Positions 57,589-64,000 of a DNA stretch of 64,000 nucleotides are shown one piece after another. Origin of the DNA: Craspedostauros australis (Eukaryota); NCBI GenBank assembly GCA_030167865.1, contig JALAGF010000383.1, positions 1 to 64,000 on the forward strand. Reading direction: 5' to 3'. A program made the position numbers and the translations under genes. Under the pieces are notes generated by a model. That model saw nothing but the letters and a program-made list of their open reading frames with translations, made no database searches and was not told where the DNA came from. Positions within the stretch are counted from its first letter, which is position 1. Each line of letters opens with the position of its first letter.

Positions 57589-60500
57589 CTATCCAGTTTT
57601 GTGTGTGCGGACCGTCTTCCAGTTCTTCTCCACCCAGTGTCTGCTAGTCACCTCCACCAAGTAGCGGAGGTTGATTCGTTTCACGTCGTTCACCACGTAT
57701 TCGTTGTAGTGGACACATCCCTGGTTGCCACCATCGTACCGGGTCAGTTTGATTTCCCGTGTGAGGTGCTCTGGTAGTTCTTCCTCGTCGTCCTCATCGT
57801 CTTCGTCGCCGCTTCCGTCCTCTCCATCTACCATCGCGTTGTTGCTATCGGCATCGGCATCCTCGTCGTCTCCGTCGTTGTCGTCGTTCTTTCGCCGCCT
57901 CTTTTTGTCGTTGCCGGCAGCTCCCTTCTTCCCTCTTTTCTTGCTGCCGCTCTTCTCGTCGTCGTCGCCATCATCGTCCTCTTTCGCGAGATCCTTTTGT
58001 TTGATGATGGGGATGAGTTTGGCGGTGCTGGAGAAAGGACCGTCCGAGAGCACAGCCGTGTACGCTCTACCTTTATATTCGACGCCTATCTTCACAGGGA
58101 ATATGGAATCCTTTGACGACCTTGCATTCTCAATAGCCTCCGATACTTTGGGGAAGTTGTCGTCATCAAAATCGAACTCCACCCACTTGATCGTGGTGGC
58201 GCGCTTGGGATTGGGTGACGTCTTGCCCAGCGGGAAGACCGTCCCGGACTTGAACACAGTGTCATGGGTGACGTCCGGACCTTCCTGCCCCAACGCGAAG
58301 ACGCTGTCTGCATCGATCTTTGTTTCACCCCAATTGGCCTCGGTCACCACTCCCTGATCTCCCAGCGCAACATCTGCAAGGAAGAAGTAGGCTCGCGGCA
58401 TGGTCCTCGCGCCGCTGTCCAAGTGCGCGCGGCAGTATCCGAAGGATTTCTGCGCCATGTCAGCGAAGTACACACCATCACCAAACGCATTGCCGGCGAT
58501 TTCGGCTGTCGATGGCGCGATGCGAAGACCCTCCCTGATGATCCCCAGCACGTTGGCGTTGCTCGTGCCGTGCCACAACAACCTGCGATTCCCCATCTCT
58601 CTGTTGCTGGATTCGCTGTTCCGGCGCATCTCGAACACTTGGCTAACGACGAGACCTTCGGCAGAGCTGATGGTGTTGCGGAAGTATTGTTCCACTCCAA
58701 CCCTTTCGGTTTCTTTGACCGACATGGGGCGTATGCTGGCGTTCAAGGCTCTGTAGATGTAGTCGAGCGGGTGGACCAGAGAAGCATTGGAGTTTGCGAG
58801 CATGAGCAGTTGGGTGGAGACGGCGAGATCCTTGAGCTGCGATATGACGTTGCGCTGTTCCTTCAGGGTTTCATCTGTGAGCGGTTCCAGCGCGTCGTCG
58901 CCCTCCTTCGTTGGCAGGAGCTCGTAGTACTCCCCCGACAACAGAGCGACGTCATCCATGGCCTCGCGCTTCTCCTTCAGCTGTTCGGGCTTGTCAAGTT
59001 TTTCGACCTTGTCCAGTGCCGCAGCGATGGCGTCCAGCTTCTCGGCCGCCGCCAGGACCATTCGGATGGAGATGCGTCCCAACGGGCACTGATCTTGTTG
59101 CAACCCAAGCTCGTTGGCACTTCTGTTCATTTCCGCGCGATCCGCCAAAGTGACCAGCGTGTCCCTGATCACCGAGCTCAACAGCGACTCCGTGCCACTA
59201 TCGGTTGCCTTCTTCACGAGCGATGTGATGCTGGGAAGCTTGGGCTGTTCATAGTTGCTCCCGAGGAGGTTGATCGTCTTGTACTTCCCAAACTTCGGCT
59301 TGAACTTGCCCGCCAGGTAGTCGTCGAAGGTGTTGCCGCTCTTGGCCTTGAAGACCTTGCAGAACTCAGCCACCGCCTCCTTCCGGACTCCGTACGGTGT
59401 TTCCTGCTTCTGTCCACCGTAGTCGCCTGTTTGCCCCCAGTTCGTCAGGAGAACAAAGAGCTTCTTGATGGGGTCCTCGACGATTTGCATCTTGTAGTAC
59501 TTGTTCTCTGAGATTCCATAGTGGTGCAGCTCCACCTTGGTGGTGGTGATCGTGAAGAAGGCCCTGCTTGTATCCGAAACCACAGCACCCGGAATGTCTT
59601 CGTCGGTGAAGGGTAGGACCCGGATGAGGCGGCCCTTCAGTTCGCAGCAAGGGTTGACCTTTGGCGCGAAATCATCCTTCTTCTTCATAAGCCCGCTCGT
59701 TTCCATCTCCACGAGGGCCTTCTGGACTTCGACCTCCAGCTCATCATCAGAGATCGGTTTCAGGTCTGAGACTGATGCAGACTGTGCTGCTGTGCGTGAC
59801 GAAGTGGGCCCAGATGCATTGTCGGTAGCAACATCGGCATCGCCGCCTCCCTCGGCTGGAGACATGGGCACATCTAAGCCGCCGAGCTCAGCCAGCTTGG
59901 CATGGAACTGACTGCCCGCCCTGCATTTCGCGAGCATCTCCTCGCTCACAACAGCACCGTGCTTGCAAAGGAGTTCCGCCGCTTCCATGTTCTCGTAAGA
60001 TCCGAATTTGACGGGAGCCACAACATACTCGAGAGCCGTCCTTCCGCTACCATCCTTCATTTCCAGCAGCCGGGCGGCCCTGGACTTCTGCTTCGTCTTC
60101 GCCGCCTTTTTCTTCTTCTTCTTCGCCCCTGTCCTTCCCGTGCCGCCAGAAGCGTCGGTCGCCCACAAGCCTGGCGTCGCCTTCCAAGGTCTGATCTGCT
60201 GACGAAGGACGTTCGTCACCAGCGGACCGCGCAAGGTTTGCAAGTCGTAGGTTCCGTTCTTGTAGCATTTCACAACCCTTGCCTCGCACCATGGTTTCAA
60301 CGCTGACGCGTAATCCTTGCCGTCGCCACTTCGCTGGAAGATGACGTAGGACCCTTCCGGCAGAGGTTTGGTGAGGTGTTCATCGTGCAACCCAACTGCG
60401 ATGTGCTCTGCACCAAAGACATGCTTCAGCCTCCGCCGCGCCTCGTTGCGGGAAGCATCGTCGTTGTACCTCGGGATCTGTGCCCAGCGTACTCCGTTCG

Positions 60501-63500
60501 AGGGTGAGTACGAGCCGCCACGGGCATTCCACAGGACGGCAAAATGGAGGAGACTATCCAGGTGCTTCGATGACACGTCGTATCCAGCCACGATTTTTGA
60601 CGCAGGCACCTGCTGTTTGTCGGCAAGAACTGCATTTTTGCCTTTGTCAGCGATGCTCGCGGGGTACAAGGTGACATCGTTGGAAAATCGCAGCAGAAGA
60701 CGATGACCCTCGAGCGTCTTGGACTTGGAATCCAGCTTCAAGTCGTCACCGCGACTTGCAACTGCCTCGAGAATTGAGGCCATGAGTGTGGCACGATTTT
60801 GCTGGCAGGCGTGGTGCATGATGGTCATGCCCCTCCCAAGACACGGCTTCTCCACGTCTGCGCCGGAGCGCAGCAGCAGATGGAAGATGTCATGACGATT
60901 GTTGACGATGCTCATGATCAAGGGCGTCAAACCTTGCTCGTTGTCAACGGCCAGGTCGAGGTCAGCACCATTCCGAACGAGGAATTCGACGGTTTTCTGG
61001 CAGCCTCTGGAGACGCCATGGTGGAGCGCTGACATGCCGCTTGAGTCGAGGAGATCGATCAGAGCACCCTTGTCAATCAAGTACTGGGCAAGGTCGAAGT
61101 TGCCAGACTGCAACGCCAAGATGATTAACGTCGAGTGGCGCACCTCCTGTCGCTTTTCGCCCTCTTCTGAAGCGGCCTGCACCATGGCTTCGCTGTTCTG
61201 TTTCTTTGCCAATGCTTCCGCCTTTTTCAGCTCGTTGATAACTGATGCCACATTGGGGCCAGGAGCAAATTCGATTTTGCCGTAGCCATGCCCACCAAGG
61301 TTTCCCTTCCTATCATTGGTGCTCGCCTGGCTGTCTTCGTCGCTGTCCTGATCACTGTCATCATCACTGCAGTCGTCGTCGTCGTCGGTGTCGTTCAGGG
61401 CGTGGTCTCTCTCCCCAGCGCCAGTACTGTTTGCGACACTCGGTTTCTTGGGACTTGTCTGGGCGACGGATAAGACGGATGTGACGACCTTGTTAACCTT
61501 CACCGATGTCAGGTCGTGCTCGGTGGGAGCAAGCGTTCGGAACAATGCCAAGATGCTCTCGCTGTTCCCACGGTTCAACATTGATGTCATGTAGATGCTC
61601 AGAGGAAATCTCCCCGCATTGTCAGCCACATTGACTGCGTTGCGGAAGTTGGCAACGAGGTAAGTGATGAGAGGCTTGTGCTGGTTGAGAATAGCATAAT
61701 GCAACGGGAGTTTGCCATCAGCATCAACCCCCGTTGCTTTCACGTCTGCTTCGACCAGAAGTTCAGCCAACGTCGTGCTCCATCGATGGTCGCTGTACCT
61801 CTTGACGCGGCAAACCTCGTGCAGAAGAGACCTCTTCGTCGCCATGTCGATGTGGCGCACAACATCCAACGAACTGGTCGTGAGGAGCTTGCGCACGAGC
61901 TGGAAGGACTCGTTGCTCAATGCGTCGACACAAGCCGTGTGCAACGGGAAGGATGTGTCCAGCAGAATGTACACCAAACCATTGAAGCGGGATTTGATGG
62001 CATGCCACACGATGGATTGGATCTGCCTGCTGACCTCCGTTACCTTCTTCTCTTTCGTCCCTGGCTTGATCGTGACTGTGCGACGCACATCCGTGACATC
62101 AACCAGCGGCGGCAGCGCGTCCGATCCCTGGCTCTTGAGCATGGTGATGATGTAATTTTCGTGCCCGCGGAGGACCGCGATGTTGGCAGCGGTGTTGGAG
62201 TCGTTGTCTTGGTGGAAGAGATCCGCCTTCTTCGAGAGGAGGAGCAAACTTGAGACGGTGGAGTTGTATGCCGCCGCGTACAATAGAGGCGTGCGTCCAT
62301 GGTTGTCGGCGATGGACACGCTCTTGTCGGCACCTTTGGCCGCCAGGAGAGCGCTGACGAGATCGACTCTGTCGTGAGTCGTCGACGAGAGACAATGCGG
62401 AAAGTTCCAATGATCCATCGAAGATGCATGTTCGAGAAAGCAGTAATGCAAGGGCGTTCTGTTGCGCGAGTCGACAATATCCAGCCGCGCACCAGCTCTC
62501 ATGAAGAGCGCCTCGCATGGCTCCAGAGCCTCCTCCCGACGTGCTGTTGCCTTCTCGACACTGAAATGGAATGCCGTTCTGCCTGAGGAATCCTTCCTGT
62601 TGATTTCTCTGGTGACCAGATCATTCACATCGTCATCTGTCCTATCCTTGACGGAACCGGTGGTGGCCTGACTTGTCGCTGCATGCTTCGATATGAACCG
62701 CAGCACCAACTTGACCAGCCTCGCGTTGTCCTTCTTGGCGGCGATGTGAATCGGCAACTCCCCTTCCAAATTCGCTTGTGTTATTAACGACAGATAATTG
62801 TCCGTCATGTAGGTCACGAGCTGGTCGTCCTGCCGACGGAGCGCAATGTGCAGCGCTGTGTCTCCTGTCGAGGAGCTCTGGGCGCAAAGGTCCAAACCAA
62901 AGTCATCACGCAGCTTTTGCCACGCGCTTCTGGGGATGAATTCGCAATTCGCAAGAATCTTCACCAGCGGTTCTGTGTCGTTTGTCTGGTTGTTGTTCCT
63001 CCGCGCGCTGTTGCTGGAGCTACTGCCAGCACTGTTGCCATTCGCAGATTTGCGGCGACTCTTCAGACGATTCTGTCTTTGTGACATGATGTCACGAAAG
63101 TGCTTCACGACGCTGACCCCGACATCCTCTTTCTTCGAATCGAGGAATTCGGTGGCAAGCTGCACCATCTTCTTGACTTGCTCTGTATCATCCACCTTCT
63201 TTGCATCTGAGCCTTCATCATCTGCATCTGCATTTGCATTTGCAGCTGCGTTGGTGGAGCCGCTGCCACCACCATCGTCGCCGCCATCGCCTGCCGTCAC
63301 ATCAGCCATGTCATCATCCGCGTTGTCGACAGCATCGTCTCGTGGGACAGTGTTGATGTCATGTGATCCTGCATCGACGAACATTTGCAGCACCTCGAAG
63401 AAGTGGTCGTAACATTGCGCGATTTGTCTTCGAAGGTTCACATGCTTTGCGACGTTTCGAGGCAGCATTCTGTGTGTCAGCACCTGCATCGGCGTCAAGG

Positions 63501-64000
63501 GAAAGCCGTCGCACGGTGCCTTGCTGTTCACCTGGTCCTTGCACAACGGAAGAAGCCATTCCATCATTTGCTTGGTTCTCTGCGGTCGCTCATCGAAGCA
63601 GGTGATATGCAGCAAGGTTTGTCCAACGTCATTCCCGCCAAAGGCGACAGCCTGGTCGTATGTTTCCAGCACATTTCGGATCCTCGACGCATCGATGATG
63701 TCTTTGCCTGTGACCAATAGGGGCGACTGCGAGTGCGACTGTGAGTGGTGCCAGCCATGGCGCGTGTTGCGTGATGTCTCCGCACGTTTGTCAGCCTGGA
63801 CTTCAGCCAGGACGGGGCATAAGAACTCGGGATCATGGAACAAGGGAACCTCGTCGATGGGCTGTGTCGCCAGTTGTGGATGCTTGGTAAGGACACCTTT
63901 GACACAAGTCATGGATTTTTCCCACATAGGGTCGGCCACGTTGCAATTCGCCATGTACTGCACAGCCATGTGCAACGGAGAGCGACCCATCGCATCCAAT
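57589..64000 (-). CDS. Large poly(ADP-ribose) polymerase: ankyrin repeats - Tudor/Agenet-like - WGR - PARP regulatory - PARP catalytic (5' end beyond the window)
   Basis: Many ankyrin repeats (GRSPLHMA, GDTALHIA, GRTPLLYAA, GMSALHHG, GLTPLIMS). WGR-like NKYYKMQI...NWGQTG...EFCKVFKAKSGN. Regulatory PLGRIS...LSGEYYELLP. Catalytic LLWHGT, GLRIAP, FGDGVYFADMAQKSFGYC and YNEYVV. Confidence 0.93.
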   Translation of the reverse strand, partial: LDAMGRSPLHMAVQYMANCNVADPMWEKSMTCVKGVLTKHPQLATQPIDEVPLFHDPEFLCPVLAEVQADKRAETSRNTRHGWHHSQSHSQSPLLVTGKDIIDASRIRNVLETYDQAVAFGGNDVGQTLLHITCFDERPQRTKQMMEWLLPLCKDQVNSKAPCDGFPLTPMQVLTHRMLPRNVAKHVNLRRQIAQCYDHFFEVLQMFVDAGSHDINTVPRDDAVDNADDDMADVTAGDGGDDGGGSGSTNAAANANADADDEGSDAKKVDDTEQVKKMVQLATEFLDSKKEDVGVSVVKHFRDIMSQRQNRLKSRRKSANGNSAGSSSSNSARRNNNQTNDTEPLVKILANCEFIPRSAWQKLRDDFGLDLCAQSSSTGDTALHIALRRQDDQLVTYMTDNYLSLITQANLEGELPIHIAAKKDNARLVKLVLRFISKHAATSQATTGSVKDRTDDDVNDLVTREINRKDSSGRTAFHFSVEKATARREEALEPCEALFMRAGARLDIVDSRNRTPLHYCFLEHASSMDHWNFPHCLSSTTHDRVDLVSALLAAKGADKSVSIADNHGRTPLLYAAAYNSTVSSLLLLSKKADLFHQDNDSNTAANIAVLRGHENYIITMLKSQGSDALPPLVDVTDVRRTVTIKPGTKEKKVTEVSRQIQSIVWHAIKSRFNGLVYILLDTSFPLHTACVDALSNESFQLVRKLLTTSSLDVVRHIDMATKRSLLHEVCRVKRYSDHRWSTTLAELLVEADVKATGVDADGKLPLHYAILNQHKPLITYLVANFRNAVNVADNAGRFPLSIYMTSMLNRGNSESILALFRTLAPTEHDLTSVKVNKVVTSVLSVAQTSPKKPSVANSTGAGERDHALNDTDDDDDCSDDDSDQDSDEDSQASTNDRKGNLGGHGYGKIEFAPGPNVASVINELKKAEALAKKQNSEAMVQAASEEGEKRQEVRHSTLIILALQSGNFDLAQYLIDKGALIDLLDSSGMSALHHGVSRGCQKTVEFLVRNGADLDLAVDNEQGLTPLIMSIVNNRHDIFHLLLRSGADVEKPCLGRGMTIMHHACQQNRATLMASILEAVASRGDDLKLDSKSKTLEGHRLLLRFSNDVTLYPASIADKGKNAVLADKQQVPASKIVAGYDVSSKHLDSLLHFAVLWNARGGSYSPSNGVRWAQIPRYNDDASRNEARRRLKHVFGAEHIAVGLHDEHLTKPLPEGSYVIFQRSGDGKDYASALKPWCEARVVKCYKNGTYDLQTLRGPLVTNVLRQQIRPWKATPGLWATDASGGTGRTGAKKKKKKAAKTKQKSRAARLLEMKDGSGRTALEYVVAPVKFGSYENMEAAELLCKHGAVVSEEMLAKCRAGSQFHAKLAELGGLDVPMSPAEGGGDADVATDNASGPTSSRTAAQSASVSDLKPISDDELEVEVQKALVEMETSGLMKKKDDFAPKVNPCCELKGRLIRVLPFTDEDIPGAVVSDTSRAFFTITTTKVELHHYGISENKYYKMQIVEDPIKKLFVLLTNWGQTGDYGGQKQETPYGVRKEAVAEFCKVFKAKSGNTFDDYLAGKFKPKFGKYKTINLLGSNYEQPKLPSITSLVKKATDSGTESLLSSVIRDTLVTLADRAEMNRSANELGLQQDQCPLGRISIRMVLAAAEKLDAIAAALDKVEKLDKPEQLKEKREAMDDVALLSGEYYELLPTKEGDDALEPLTDETLKEQRNVISQLKDLAVSTQLLMLANSNASLVHPLDYIYRALNASIRPMSVKETERVGVEQYFRNTISSAEGLVVSQVFEMRRNSESSNREMGNRRLLWHGTSNANVLGIIREGLRIAPSTAEIAGNAFGDGVYFADMAQKSFGYCRAHLDSGARTMPRAYFFLADVALGDQGVVTEANWGETKIDADSVFALGQEGPDVTHDTVFKSGTVFPLGKTSPNPKRATTIKWVEFDFDDDNFPKVSEAIENARSSKDSIFPVKIGVEYKGRAYTAVLSDGPFSSTAKLIPIIKQKDLAKEDDDGDDDEKSGSKKRGKKGAAGNDKKRRRKNDDNDGDDEDADADSNNAMVDGEDGSGDEDDEDDEEELPEHLTREIKLTRYDGGNQGCVHYNEYVVNDVKRINLRYLVEVTSRHWVEKNWKTVRTHKTG

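Noticed and set aside
1-64000. CRISPR arrays, rRNA/tRNA genes, or prokaryote-style operons and defence systems
   Set aside because: No repeat-spacer structure or RNA gene was seen. The spliceosomal introns and gene content are eukaryotic.

Overview
This is a eukaryotic nuclear window, most likely from a diatom. Support for that: ASAFAP-type bipartite plastid presequences, two DUF6824-type proteins, two membrane-anchored nucleotide cyclase-phosphodiesterase fusions, a CoDi-like Ty1/copia element and GT-AG spliceosomal introns. Genes in order are a truncated unknown ORF, a weak plastid-presequence locus (-), cyclase/PDE fusion 1 (-, 1 intron), TRM5 (+), a calcineurin-like metallophosphoesterase (+), a SHAQKYF 1R-MYB (-) and a secreted NTF2/SnoaL-like protein (+). 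Next comes a complete but decayed copia LTR retrotransposon (20090-25703, 162-bp LTRs, TCAAT target-site duplication), lying inside a degenerate inverted-repeat pair. After it are DUF6824 protein 1 (+), cyclase/PDE fusion 2 with a CHASE-like ectodomain (+, 3 introns), an EcKinase/APH-like kinase (+), DUF6824 protein 2 (+), an F-box-like protein (+), an IGHMBP2-like helicase (+) and a plastid-targeted K+-independent-type pyruvate kinase (+, 2 introns). The last gene is a very large ankyrin-Tudor-WGR-PARP (-) running off the right edge. The most unusual items are the PARP, whose catalytic domain carries a ~170-aa insertion resembling a WWE domain just before the catalytic Glu, and the contrasting pair of cyclase/PDE paralogs, one with an ectodomain and one apparently without. 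All domain calls were made by eye from motifs; no searches were run.
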